Positions 13,845 through 27,579 of a stretch of 64,000 nt of DNA are shown one piece after another (within the stretch, counting starts at the first letter, position 1; each line of letters starts with the position of its first letter). Below the pieces are notes generated by a model. That model was not told where the DNA came from and did no database searches. It saw nothing but the letters and a program-made list of their open reading frames with translations. The position numbers and the translations under genes are program-made. The DNA is from Geosiphon pyriformis uo1. Its lineage: Eukaryota; Fungi; Glomeromycota. Where the stretch lies: positions 198,733 through 262,732 of the forward strand of contig JAAOMT010000261.1 of assembly GCA_016748015.1 (NCBI GenBank). Direction: 5' to 3'.

Positions 13845-14240
13845 TCATGCCAAAATACACATATAATACTGATACAGAATTTGATCTGAGATATCTGAGA
13901 AAAGATGCCATTAAATTAAAACCATATTCACACACCTGCATTAATCTGAAAATAGCATTGAAGATTTCAGCAACAACAATGGTTCAATTAGCATCTAAGA
14001 ATAATTTAGTGAAAAAAAAATTATCATCAGAGAAAGAATAATTGACATATAATATGTGAGAAATATCATTACAATGCTATAGAATGACTTAGAAAAGACC
14101 TATATCATAAAACCAAATGAAAAGATAGCATAGACAATATTTCTGTTTCTGATTAAAATAACTCAATTAGTATTAGTGAGAAACAGAGAAGAATTAGGGA
14201 TTACAGTTAGAGAAGTACAAAGATTCAGATCCATGGGTAG
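13845..14240 (+). pseudogene. E2 dUTPase domain
   Basis: TDTEFDLRY, QLASKNNL, KIA*TIF, VQRFRSMG (decayed motifs I, II, IV, V). Confidence 0.8.
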
Positions 14241-16957
14241 AATAAACATACCAATTAATATAATAGAAGAAAAAGTTATTGACAAGAGAGAAATTATCTT
14301 TAATTGTTAATCAATTTCCATTCCACCATATAACCAGTACATATTAGTCATAAAAAGGTGAGTAAAAGATCAAGCTCAGATTTTTGAAACAGAAACTACT
14401 ATGTATAAATCAGGAAAAATTGAACTTACCAATCTTTACATACCAGTCAAAAGCCCAAAACATATTAAAATCCCCATCTACAATACAATAGAAGATGTTA
14501 TAAAGATACCAAAAGAAACTACCATCAGATATTTAAGCACTAAAGTTGAAAAACAACCACCAAACACTATTCCAGACTTTCTACAACTATGTAAATATGT
14601 GGATATTACATCACAAACAATATACAGATGAAAAGAATATTATCTGCTTTAACCAAAACAATTAGAACAGATAAACTTGGGAAATTTAGATTCACTACAA
14701 CATATGCAACTTAAAATATTACTGAAAAATTTCAACAACATCTTTGTCAGTAAGAACAAATTTGACAAAACAGACATTATCCAACATCAGATAAAAACTA
14801 AAGATGCAATGCCAATTAAGCAAAGAGCATACCGAGTACCACCAGCCAGTCATAAAATCATCTGACAAAAAATCAATCAAATGCTAAACAATAGGCTAAT
14901 TTAGCCATCAATGAGTTCATGGTTCTCAACTTTAGACTTAGACAATGGGTACTGGCAAGTAGCCATGAAACCAAAAGATAAAAAGAAAATGGCTTTTACA
15001 ATCCAAAAAAGAAATTTTGAGTTTGAAGTAATGCCATTTGGCTTGATGAATATTCTAGCAATATTTCAACAGCTTATGGAAATTGTCTATATCAAATTGC
15101 TATGAAAATTTATAGTTATATATCTAAATAACATTAATGTGTTCTCCAAAACATTTGATGATTATTTGCACCATCTTTAACAAGTATTTGAAAGACTAAG
15201 AAGAACCAAATTAAAATTAAATAGAAACAAGTGTTTCTTTGAGAAAACTGAACTCAAGTTTTTGGGGCATGTTGTGAACAAAGATGGTATCAAAACAAAT
15301 CCAAATAAGATTGAGATTATTAAAAACTTTCTAGTGCCAAATAATCTCATAGAATTAAAAGCATTCTTGGGATTTGCTGAATACTATTGCTCTTTATCAA
15401 AAACTTTTCTAAAATAGCTCAACCACTACACCAACTCCAAACAAAGAACACCAAATACAATAAACTGAAACCCAACAAAAAGTCTTTAACATACTAAAAA
15501 GAAAATTAATTCAAGCCCCAGTATTAATTTATCCAATTCACAGCAAATTATTCATTATTACTACTGATGCATCTGGTCAAGCATTAAAAGCTGTACTATC
15601 TCAAAAAAGACCAGATGGACAAGAACACCCAGTAGCTATGCCAGTAGAAACTTAAGTCCAGCTGAAAAAAACTATGGAATTCCAGCATTAAAACATTTAG
15701 CAATCTATTGGGCAGTCATAAAATAGAAAAAATACTTAAATCAAAAGTTTGACATGTACACTAATCATAAAAAACTGATTTCAATTCAGAAACAAAAATT
15801 TGGAGATGATTACCATGCTAGATAGAAAATAGAACTTTTACTATTTAATTATATAGTACATTACAAAAAAGAAAAAAAAAATGAAAATGCCAACAGCTTG
15901 TTATAAATGAAACAAATCTAAAAATATTTCAACCCCAAAAAATATAACAAAAAATAAATATACAAAAATATCAACAATTCTAACACTATATTAATACCCA
16001 GCAGTTTAAGGAAAAATTATCTCCAAAAAAACAAAGTCATATCAAACAACAATCCAAATACTTTATTACTTACTAAAATATACTTTATCAGAAAAACAGA
16101 AAGAATCCAGATCAACCATCCAGAGTAATTACAGAACCAAAGAAAGAAACAATATTATTTAAAATGCATTCAAACCCAACAGCAAGACATTTTTATAAAA
16201 AAGCAATCATAAAAAGAACCAAAAAAAGATACTATTGGCCATCCATATATCTAGACATTATCTAATACATTCAAAATTGTGATGCTTGTCAGAAAAGAGG
16301 AGGAACAAGATCTGGTAAACCATTAAGACCAATCAAAGTAGGACAACTATTTGATTACATGAGAATTGACTTAGTCAAACTATTAATCATAACCAGCAGA
16401 GACAACAGATACATTGCAGTAGTCATGGATTATTTTACTAAATGGCCAGAAGCAAAAGCCATTTAAAGAACAAATATAGAATCCATTGCCGAATTCATTT
16501 ATCAAGATTTGATTTGTCAACACAGATGTTTAAAAGAATTACTATCTGACCAAGGAACTCACTTTGTGAATAAAACATTAGCAGAATTAAGTTAAAAATT
16601 TGAAATAAAAAGACCATTATTATTACCATATCATCTACAAACCAACAAATTAGTCGAAAAATTTAATAGAATATTGTGTAAAGCAATTGCCAAAATCAGC
16701 CAAAAAAATTAAGATGAATAGAATTTGTTTATATCATCAGTATTATTTACTTATTAGACAATAAAACAAAACACTACACAAGCAACACTATTTGAATTAG
16801 TATATGATAAAACAGCAATATTACTAGTTGAGATAAAAGTCAACACATATCTAACAGAACCAATAACCAAAGACAATCTGCAAGAAATGTTGTTGAGAAA
16901 AATATATGACTTAATGGAAACATTAGAAAACCAATGGCAAAAAGCAGCTGATAACAT

Positions 16958-17926
16958 TGTTACTGAAGGTTTTTGGTCTCTTTTTTTGAATGTTGTTAAT
17001 GCTGATTTGCTGTAAATTCACATTCTCAAGAAGTAGTTGGACCTCCAGTAACTGAATTTATCTTTAAATTATCTCCTATAATTTAAACTACTGGGCTTAT
17101 AAGTGGAATGGCCAGTTCCTTGCTAGTTACTTTATGTAATTACATTATAGTAAACATCAACTCTTTCTCAGGAATTGCTCGTCTGGAAGCTTACTAAAAA
17201 TGTGTAGTTACTTTGCTGTAAAAGTCAACTCTTCTACAGGAATCTTGTCTGTAGATTACTCTAATAATTATAATAAGAAAATAAAAGAAAAATAAAAAAA
17301 ATGTAAAAGAAATAGAATTTTATTAAGGGAAACGTTTTCTATTCAGGCCTGGAGTCACTAACAGTTTATTGAAATTGGTAGCTAATCAATTTCAAAACGT
17401 TAGTTGTGTTGAGAGAATTTCAAGTGTAATAATTTAAGAATTTGGTTTTCAAATATTTAATTTTTATTTGATATTTGTAAAAAGTGATTTGTTTTAATTA
17501 AGATATCTAAAGTAAGATACTATGGTAAGATATGAGAAAGATATATTTTCTTGAAGAGAGAAGCTTTTCTTTTATACAACTTGTTGTAGTACTAGTTTTT
17601 GAACTTGCACTTTTCTCTTTTCTACAATTTGGGTGAACTAAAGATACATTTTGGCAAATTACAAGTTATTTCTACGAATTATTGATTATTTCGGCAATTT
17701 TTCCATTAATTTCGACGAATTTTGACTATATTAAATGGTTTAGGGTATTGTGTAATTTAATTATCTTAATTTCTATAATACAAATCAAGTTATTAATTGA
17801 GTAATAATATTTGATAATTTGGCTAATTAATAAGTGATAATCGAAATGATAATAATATGTTACTTAATAATAAGAATTATGAAGATAATTTCATGCTAAT
17901 TAATAGCTAAAATTCCACTGGTAACA
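16958..17926 (-). repeat. E3 3' LTR
   Basis: TGTTAC..GTAACA; PPT-like GAGAAGGAGA adjacent (17930-17939, minus strand). Confidence 0.95.
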
Positions 17927-17960
17927 TAATCTCCTTCTCAAAACTGAGCTCCATTGAAGT

Positions 17961-18614
17961 TCAAGTACTATCTGTAATGTCAAGATAGTGGTCCAGAATA
18001 ATTGAAGTGATTTGGTCTGAAAATTGTTGAAATTTCAGTTCTGTGAGTTTGCCAATGTATTGAACTTTCATTGGTTGCAGTATTGGATTTTGTAAGACAT
18101 TTTTGCAAGTGTTAAACAAATCATAAAGTCTAAAAGCTGTTCTAAGTTTGTAGTAAGTGTTTGTTGGGCCAGCCGCTGTCTTAAATTCATTGTGAATTTG
18201 TTTTTGTACAGTCTCAGAAGTAATGTTGGTTGCTTCAAGTTCCAGTTTTCATTCATAAAGTGTTTTTCCAATATGAAAATATCTATATATAGGGGTATAT
18301 TCATTGTTCTGTTCATTAAGAAATAGTAGAAGTTTTTGTTACAATGTGGTATTTGGTGGAATGTCAATAAGAGCAATTAAAAGATTTTCTTTTAATGCTT
18401 GCTTCAAAAGTTCTGGTAACCTATTTCCAGAGTGACTTCTTGTTTTTTTTCTATAAGAGTGATAGTTCTGAAAATTATTTACTACTGGGGCTGTGGTTTC
18501 TTTCTGAATGTAATTAATTTGACTTCCATTAATTATTATGGATAAGTCAGAAAGTGTTTTCAAGGCTAACATTAATTTTTGGGATATTTGTTGAATATTT
18601 CGGAAAATAATCAT
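17961..18614 (-). pseudogene. E3 ORF3, unknown protein (~217 codons, two internal stops)
   Basis: One frame from ATG 18614 to TGA 17961; the internal TAA and TGA are single C>T changes from CAA and CGA; similar to E2 ORF3. Confidence 0.72.
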
Positions 18615-18773
18615 GATAAAATGACTAACTAATAAAGAAAAAGAATAAAAAAAATTATTTTTGGGTATAAAGTTTTTTATTTGTTTTTGGGTTTGAATGT
18701 TTTTTGTAATTATTTACTATTTTTGTTTTATATTTTGTCTATATTTTTAAAAGAGATTATTATAAATATTAAA

Positions 18774-20159
18774 TTAAATGTTCAAGTTTGGTTGTTGTTT
18801 TATTATAACTATTGGTTCTAAATTTCAGGGAATATCTTCAGGATTAACTAAAGGGAAATGTGTACTAATTTGTGGAATTAATGGTTCAGAATTGTTTCTG
18901 GAATAATAGTGTTTCAATCTATCTCTATGTACAACTTTTATTAGTACTTTGTCATCAAGTCTTAACTTGTATGATTCATTGCCTAAAATTTCATGAATAT
19001 AAAATGGTCTATTCTATTTATGTTCAAATTTTCCACTCCATTGTTTTTCAGCCTTAATTCTGTGTAAGAGAACTTTATTTCCAACCTTAAATTTGTTGGT
19101 AATTGGTGGCAGTTTGTTGTTATGTCTTTTTTTTTGTAGGGCTTAGAAGTGTTTAATATGAGTGGCTGCTATGTGACTCTTTTCTTCCAATGTGCTAAGA
19201 AGAGTGTAGGCTCTTCTTTGGAGTGTTTCTTGGAAGTTTTTTTCATTGATTGGTTGCACTAGATATGTTTCTACTGTGAAATTAATTGGTAATGTTGCTG
19301 TTCTTTCATAAGTAAAATCAAATGGTGTGTGTTTTGTAGTATCTTGTTTTAGTGTTCTGTATGCTAGTAACACTAATAGAATAAAGATATCTCATTTCTG
19401 TTCAAAATCTGTTGAGACTTTGGCTAAAGATTCACACAATGTTCTGTTAAAACATTCTACAAGTCCATTTGTCTGAGGGTGATAAGGTGATGATAAAGAT
19501 TTTTTGACATTGAATCATTCACAAATTTCTTGTATCAAGTTGTTCATAAAATGTGTTCCTTGATCAGATAAAAGTTCAATTGGGCATCCATGTCTACAAA
19601 TAATGTCTTTATAGATGAAATTTGCTACTGATTTTGCATCTGCTCTTTGAATGGCTTTAGCTTCAGGCCATTTGGTAAGATAATCTACTGCAACTGCAAT
19701 ATAATGATTTTCTTGGGTTGTAATAAGTAATGGTCTAACTAGATCAATTCCAACTTTGTCAAAAAGTTGTCCAACTTTGATTGGATTTAAAGATTCTGTG
19801 AGGCAAATTCCTTTTCTTCTTTGACAACTATCACAAGATTTTACATATTGTCAAATGTCTTTTTGCATGTGAGACCAAAAATAATGTTCAAGAGTTCTTT
19901 AAATTGTTCCATATCTTCCCAAGTGTGCTAAAGACGGATCTGTGTGCATGTTGTATAAAATTGTTTTTTTTTCCTTTTCTTGTACTAATCTGAGTGATTG
20001 ATTTGAATTTTTGCAATTTTTATAATAGATTTTGTTGTGGTGTATAAAATATTGTTTTGATTGGTGTTGTAAATGATGTTTTTTACTTGGAGACCAATTT
20101 TCTGGCATGGTAAGAGTCTCCAAATAGTTTTTAAGATTGCTGTAGTTTCTGGGATCCAT
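18774..20159 (-). pseudogene. E3 integrase ORF
   Basis: ATG 20159 (MDPRNY..), HTDPSLAH..CDSCQ, GIDLV, PYHPQTNGLVE. Confidence 0.87.
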
Positions 20160-22064
20160 TGTTGTTTGGTTATTTTGTTGGTAGATTGGTAAGTTATGGT
20201 GAAATTGTTGTTGGTGTTAATCTTGTCTCATTCTTGAAAGGCTATCAACATTGGTGTGTAGTTTTCCTGGTTTGTGGTGTACAATGTATCTGTAGTCTGT
20301 TAGGAAGTCATTCCATCAAGATTGTTTGGCACTTTGTTCAGTTTTCTTTTTATTGAGCCATTTGAGACTAATATTGTTAGTTATGATGTCAAATTCTTTT
20401 CCATTTTTCAGATATTGTTGAAAATGTTTAAGAGCCCAAATGACTGCAGCAGCTTCCAATTCAGTTGAGCCATATTTGAGTTCTGTTGGCTTGAGTGTTC
20501 TACTGGTATAGACAATGACTTGTTCCTGGCCATTTTTATCCAATTGTAATAGAATGGCACCAAATGCTATGTATAAAGCATCAGTGGCTAGTTGAAATTG
20601 TTTGTTGAAGTCTGGATAAGCAAGAACTGGGGCTGTTGTCAATTTTGTTTTGAGAGTTTCAAAAGCTTTTTGTTGTTCTTCAGTTCATTGATATGACATG
20701 TTTTTGTTGGTAAGATAGTTAAGTGGTTTGGCAATTTCTGAAAATTCTTTTATGAATTTTCTATAATAAGAGGCTAATCCTACAAATCCTTATAGCTCTG
20801 TGGTATTTTTGGAAGTTTGAAAGTTTTTGACAGTGCTGATTGTTCCAGGGTTTGGTTTGACTCCATCTTTGCTAACAATGTGTTCAAGAAAAATTAAGCT
20901 TGTTTTTCCAAAATGACATTTTTTAATGTTTAACTTTAATCCTGCTTTCCATAATCATTGAAAAACTTCTCGCAGATAGATAAGATGAGCTTTAAAGCTT
21001 GGTGAGTATACATCAGTGTTATCAAGATAGAAAACTACTGATTGCCATAAGAGTTCTTCATATACAACATTCATAAGTCATTGAAATATTGCTGGTGCAT
21101 TACAGAGTTCAAAAAACATAATATTGAATTCATAGTTCCCTTTTTGGGTGGTAAATACTGTTTTAGGTCTATCTTTTGGGTCCATTTCGACTTGCCAATA
21201 TCCACTTTCCAAGTCTAAAGTTGAGAAGAACTTGGCTTTTTCTAGAGCATCTAGCATGTTATCAATTCTTGGAAGAGGGTAGACATCTCCAATTGTGATG
21301 CTATTCAGTTGTTTGTAATCAACACAGAATCTGATTTTTCCGTTTTTTTTTTTAACTAAAACTACTGATAAAGCCTATGGACTTCTTGATGGTTGAATTA
21401 ATCTGTTATTGAGCATTTTTTGAATTTTTTTTCTAATAAATTGGTGGCTGGCAGGTGGAACTCAATAGGTTTGTTGTCATTTTGGTGAAGCATCTCCTGT
21501 GTGGATCTGATGTTGAACAATATCAGTTTTTCCTAAGTTATTGTTGTCTTTTGCAAATATACCTGCAAATTCAGCTATCAATTGTTTCAATTGTCTTTGT
21601 TGTTAGAATTCTAAGAGACCCATGTTAATTCTAGTGAGTTTTTCTTTTAACAGGTGGTAGTTTTTAGTAATAAGGGTGATGTTTAGATTTGAAAGTAATG
21701 TATGTCTTATAATTTCGATGAAATTAAAGACAATTTAAGGATTTTCATCTTGAAAAATATTGCTGTGTATGATTCCAATTTTTAATTTATTTAATAAGAC
21801 AATAGAGTAATTATTGGGGTTGTAGAATATAACTTGAAATTTTTTCATTTCTTTGGGAATATAAACATTTGGGATTGAGATTTAATGCTTCAAACAGATT
21901 TGTTCATTGGATTCAAAGATTTGTTGGGTAGTGGTGGGTTTTAAGCAAATGTAAATTTCGTGATGTTCTCCAAAAAGTGAAATGGTAATTGGTTGGAGAA
22001 ATTGAAGAATCTGGTGAGATTTATTCTGTGCATTGAGAGCTATGTTTACTGGTACTGTAAATCG

Positions 22065-22450
22065 TCCAGTTGAACCAAAACCTTGAGTTCCTCTTTCACT
22101 TTTTCCCAATTGTTCTCTGTTTTTTACTGATTGTAAACCCAAAATGTTGATTAAGGGTAGGTAAATTGCTTGGGCAATTCTCTCAGCATGTTCAATTCTG
22201 AATGGTTTGTCTGTTTTATTTTGTAACATGATGATAATGTCTCCAGTATATTCTGCATCTATGACTCTTCCTCTAATATTGATTCTTTTGCTTGCCAATG
22301 ATAATCTGGATGCAATTTGAACTATTGCTCCAGGTAGAATTTCAAGAGCAATTTTAAGATTGATTTTTGTCAAAAACTTTGGTTGGAGAACCAAAGTGTC
22401 TTTGCCAGAATATCTGAGGTCATATCCTGCATCAATTTCGTGGGCTTTTT
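22065..22450 (-). pseudogene. E3 dUTPase domain
   Basis: DAGYDL, ASRLSL, VIDAEYTG, RIAQAI, RGTQGFGSTG. Confidence 0.92.
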
Positions 22451-25400
22451 CTGGTTTTATTCCTTGCCTATTGTTGTTAAAGTATTGAGTTGTATAGCAG
22501 GCTGGTTTTCAGTAAGATAAATTAGTGTTGTTGTAATTTTATTCTTTGTTTTAGGTTTTCCAAATTCGATTTCTTTTTGGTCATTTTCACTGGACAGAAG
22601 AATGCTAAGAGCATAGCATTCTGGACACCATTTGTCATCACAAAGCATGATGCATTCTTTGCATAATTGAATATTCATTCACTCTAATCATTGAATTTGA
22701 GCTTTTTGGGTTGGATAAGTGTGGCTTGCAATTTGGTAGTATGTTTCTACTTCATCTTCATAGTTGAGTCTAGCTAATTCTATTGTATACTCAATATATT
22801 CAGCTTTTTTTTTTTTTTTTACATCTTCTTGGGTGGCTCTATTGATCAATGCTATTGCTNNNNNNNNNNNNNNNNNNNNGGTAGGTAAATTGCTTGGGCA
22901 ATTCTCTCAGCATGTTCAATTCTGAATGGTTTGTCTGTTTTATTTTGTAACATGATGATAATGTCTCCAGTATATTCTGCATCTATGACTCTTCCTCTAA
23001 TATTGATTCTTTTGCTTGCCAATGATAATCTGGATGCAATTTGAACTATTGCTCCAGGTAGAATTTCAAGAGCAATTTTAAGATTGATTTTTGTCAAAAA
23101 CTTTGGTTGGAGAACCAAAGTGTCTTTGCCAGAATATCTGAGGTCATATCCTGCATCAATTTCGTGGGCTTTTTCTGGTTTTATTCCTTGCCTATTGTTG
23201 TTAAAGTATTGAGTTGTATAGCAGGCTGGTTTTCAGTAAGATAAATTAGTGTTGTTGTAATTTTATTCTTTGTTTTAGGTTTTCCAAATTCGATTTCTTT
23301 TTGGTCATTTTCACTGGACAGAAGAATGCTAAGAGCATAGCATTCTGGACACCATTTGTCATCACAAAGCATGATGCATTCTTTGCATAATTGAATATTC
23401 ATTCACTCTAATCATTGAATTTGAGCTTTTTGGGTTGGATAAGTGTGGCTTGCAATTTGGTAGTATGTTTCTACTTCATCTTCATAGTTGAGTCTAGCTA
23501 ATTCTATTGTATACTCAATATATTCAGCTTTTTTCATTTGGCAGACATCTTCTTGTATGGCTCCATTAATTAAAGCCATTGCTAAATCAAAGATCATTTC
23601 AGCATCATGAGAGTAATAGTAAAGTTTATTAAAAGCACTATTATATGCTGCATCAAATAGTGTTTCTCTTCTGACTTTTTCCGAAATTGATAAAGCATAT
23701 TAACAGGTTTGATTACATACTTCTTCTTTCATTGCAATATCAATCCAGTTGCATTCTTCTGGTAACATATCTCCACATGTAAAACAAGGTGTGTTGTCCA
23801 ATTTTTTACTTCTCTTTGGAAATCTAAATCATTCTCTATGGCATGTTTTGCAGAAGTAGTAAGTGCGAGTTTCATATTTTTCTTCTGGAGAAATACAGAC
23901 TCTCATAGATGAAAGCTTTTTCTTGGAATCTTTGCATTTTAATGGAATGTATGGTGGTTTTTTTCGTGGTTTTGGTGTAGAATATTTAACTTTCTTTCAT
24001 CTTCTTGATTCTTCAAAAATCTCTTGTTCTGTTTTCTCAGCCCAATTGGATGTTAATTCAAGAGCCATGTAGGTTTCAGTAAGTGACATTTCTTTCTTCT
24101 CTTCAAATTCAAATACTGGGGCTTTTTCTGATCATTTGTTGAAAGTTTTACAAGTAGCAGATACTATGGTGTATTGTTCTTGGTATGAGATTTTTAATTT
24201 CTGAGTTTCCCAGTCCAAGTTTGCATTGGCTTTAAGAAGCCAATTATTTCCGATCAGAGCTTAGTATTAGGGTGGATCCATAACTAGAACTTTGACTGGA
24301 ATGGTGATTCCATCAATGGTGAATAAAAAATTGTCAATTTCTCCTACTAGTGTCTTTTTTATATTATCTGCTGTAACAATTACAGTTTGGGCTGGTTTGT
24401 CAACAGTTCTTTGAAGCTGTTACATTAACTGGTAGGTAATAATACTTTTAGCTGATCCATTGTCTAAGATTAATCAGATGGGTTTTCCTATTACTGTAGC
24501 TTTAGTGTATATGGCAGTAATAGTTTTTTGTTTATTAGCTGTTGCATTACTAAACAAGAATAGTAATTTATTTGCTTTAAATTCGAATGGAAATATATCT
24601 GAAAGGTTGGCATTTTGGGCAATTTGAGCTGGTGGAATAGTATTGTTGGAAGAGTTTGATCTTGGTGCTGCAACTTTACTTTCAAAAAGTGCGAATTGTT
24701 GAAAATCCAATCCTTTAAGTATTGTAAGGTAACTAGATTGAGTGTAATAGTGACTGGGTTTTTGTTGACTAGAATTTCGGAAAACCAACTGATTATTTGG
24801 ATTGATTCTGTTGTTGTTGTTCTGAAATTGATTTTGGGGTGTAAATTGATTATGTTAAACCAATCTTCTGGCTGGTATTTGGTATTGTTGAGTGGGTGGT
24901 GTTTGATATTGCTAAATTGGTAAAGGTTGCTGATATTATTACTGTATTGGTTGTGGAGCTGGCTAATAGTAATTGTTTTGATTTTGTGGTCTTGGTAAAT
25001 AATAAGTTGGTGGTGGAGATTGGTAATAAAATTGTTGTGGTGAAGAGTAACATTGGTTACTCCTATTTTGTTGGTCTCTTTGCAATTTGCTACAATTCCA
25101 TTTTTAGTGTCCTGGAATTCCACAATAATAACAATTTTGAGTTTGGTTGTTGGATGGTGATCCAAAGTTGTTTTGATTGTGTCATTGTGGGAGTTGGTAT
25201 CTTTGTGATTGTTGCTGCTGTTGTTGTTGGTTGGTAAAGTAGCTTTCAACTTTTTTTGTGAGTTGGTCTATTTTTTCTTCAGCTGCTGAACTGGTTTCTC
25301 CAATAGCTAGGTTGACAAGTTTGGTGTGGTTTGCTTCTTTCATTGCCATTTCATAGTTCTTTGCATGTTTAATAGCAGTTATTAAGTCTTTTAGAGCATG

Positions 25401-26590
25401 TGGACGAACTTTTTTAATAAGTTTGTCTTTTAATCTTGCTATGAACTAATCCAAAATCTGGGTATTAGAATAGTATTTATTGGTTTCCAATTGTCGAATT
25501 TGTCAAAGAAGTTTATTAAATCTTTCAAGATAGGTCATAACAGTTTCAGATGTTTCTTGTTTGATATTGTGAAAGTGATTGTGGAGGGTAATAGAGGTGT
25601 TGTTGTCAGTGAATTGTTGTAAGAAAGCATCTTTGAAAGCTTGCCAGTTTTCAAATAGTTTTTCTAAATTTTTAAACCATTCTTCTGCAGTTTCTTGGAA
25701 GAAGTATGGGATTGCTTTGAGCATTCTTGCTGCAGTTCAACCATTTGCATCTCTTGCTTTTTGAACTTTGTCAAGCCATTCTTGAGGACTGGTATCATTA
25801 TTTTCACCAGTAAATTCTGGAATCTTTGCAATATAAGCAGTTATCATTTCTTCTTTGTTTTCTGTAGTTTTTTCTTGTTCTGATTCAGTTTCTTCACTTT
25901 TCAGACTCTTTGAATGATTACTTTCATTTTCCTGTAAGTAATCAATGATATTGGTACTTGTTGATATTGGTTCCTACTGTTGAGTAGGATTTCTAAGTAA
26001 CTGAAAATCTTCTGGTCTAGAGAAATAGTTAAGTAGTAAGCTTGGTGTTTGTGATTGAGCAAGTGAAATTAGAAATGGTGTAATAGAAAGTGGTAATTTG
26101 ACACTAGTTCCTTGTTTAGGTGTTTGCAAGTGTTTGGCAATTGTCTTTTGTAGTATTGGAGTGTTTGGAGTGGTTCTTAAGTATTGCTTCAATTTTTGTT
26201 TGCCTTTGTTGCTTGTTTCTGTCTCTGATTCAAAGTCAATAGAGTATTGAGACTGTATTGGGTATTTTTCTTCACAATACTCAATAATGTTAAAATTAAG
26301 TTCTTGAAAATAGGTAGCAAATGTTTCACTGTTCAGGTCTTCTGTTCCCAATTGTGAATAGTATACTAAATTATTGTAGAGATTGTTTCTAACTTCTGAA
26401 ATGTTGTAGTTTCTAAAAAGATAATTGTTGATGTGGTTTTCAATATATTGGTATACTGATTTCTTGATAACTTCAATTCCGTCTGAGATGTTGAATCTTT
26501 GCTTGCAGTGGGTGTAAATTAACTGATAATATTCTAGTGTTGTTGTGTTTGGTGTGATTGCCACTTTGAATTTTGTTGTTGCTGTGTTAT

Positions 26591-26608
26591 TTCCGTGGGA
26601 GAGCACCA
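26591..26608 (-). promoter_or_regulatory. E3 primer-binding site TGGTGCTCTCCCACGGAA (tRNA unidentified)
   Basis: 2 nt downstream of the 5' LTR end, begins TGG. Confidence 0.8.
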
Positions 26609-26610
26609 AA

Positions 26611-27579
26611 TGTTACTGGAGGTTTTTGGTCTCTTTTTTTGAATGTTGTTAATGCTAATTTGCTGTAAATTCACATTCTCAAGAAGTAGTTGGACCTCTA
26701 GTAACTGAATTTATCTTCAAATTATCTCCTATAATTTGAACTGCTGGGCTTATAAGTGGAATGACCAGTTTCTTGCCAGTTACTTTATGTAGTTACGTTA
26801 TAGTAAACATTAACTCTTTTCCAGGAATTGCTCGTCTGGAAGCTTACTAAAAATGTGTAGTTACTTTGCTATGAAAGTCAATTCTTCTACAGGAATCTTG
26901 TCTGTAGGCTACCCTAATGATTATGATAAGAAAATAAAAAAAAAATAAAAAAAATGTAAAAGAAATAGAATTTTATTAAGGGAAACGTTTTCTATTCAGG
27001 CCTGCAGTCACTAACAGTTTATTGAAATTGGTAGCTAATCAATTTCAAAACGTTAGTTGTGTTAAGAGAATTTCAAGTGTAATAATTTAAGGATTTGGTT
27101 TTTGAATATTTGATTTTTATTTAATTTTTGTAAAAAGTGATTTGTTCTAATTAAGATATCTAAAGTAAGATACTATGGTAAGATATGAGAAAGATATATT
27201 TTCTTGAAGAGAGAAGTTTTTCTTTTATACAACTTGTTGTAGCACTAGTTTTTGAACTTGCACTTTTCTTTTTTCTACAATTTGGGTGAACTAAAGATAC
27301 ATTTTGGCAAACTACAAGTTATTTCTACAAATTATTGATTATTTTGGCAATTTTTCCATTAATTTCGGCGAATTTTAACTATATTAAATGGTTTAGGGTA
27401 TTGTGTAATTTGATCATCTTAATTTCTATAGTACAAATCGGGTTATTAATTGAGTAATAATATTTGATAATTTGGCTAATTAATAAGTGATAATCGAAAT
27501 GATAATAATATGTTACTTAATAATAAGAATTATGAAGATAATTTCATGCTAATTAATAGCTAAAATTCTACTGGTAACA
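26611..27579 (-). repeat. E3 5' LTR
   Basis: Direct repeat of 16958-17926. Confidence 0.95.

Larger units (their letters stand above)
8596..15921 (+). pseudogene. E2 gag-pol (interrupted by solo LTR 9336-11296; internal RT deletion near 14920)
   Basis: gag reads across the insertion (..HI[R]|PLHLANLQ..); ORF fragments 11886-12323, 12330-12545, 13847-14041, 14401-14631, 14911-15105; ends ..MKQI* at 15921. Confidence 0.85.
20217..26609 (-). pseudogene. E3 gag-PR-Cys-rich-dUTPase-RT-RNaseH polyprotein
   Basis: ORF fragments 25974-26609, 25503-25724, 24474-24788, 21882-22394, 20316-20642; ends DSLSRMRQD* at 20217. Confidence 0.88.
16958..27579 (-). mobile_element. E3: full-length decayed Ty3/Gypsy element with dUTPase
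   Basis: Two 969-bp LTRs, TSD ACAT (16954-16957, 27580-27583), PBS, PPT, all domains present. Confidence 0.96.

Noticed and set aside
22156-23540. Apparent tandem duplication of dUTPase in E3
   Set aside because: Near-identical ~650-bp blocks flank a 20-N gap; typical scaffolding overlap.
24491-25249. 252-aa alternative-frame ORF and other short antisense ORFs in TEs
   Set aside because: Shadow frames of Gln/Asn/Pro-rich gag or AT-rich DNA; no motifs, not shared across elements.
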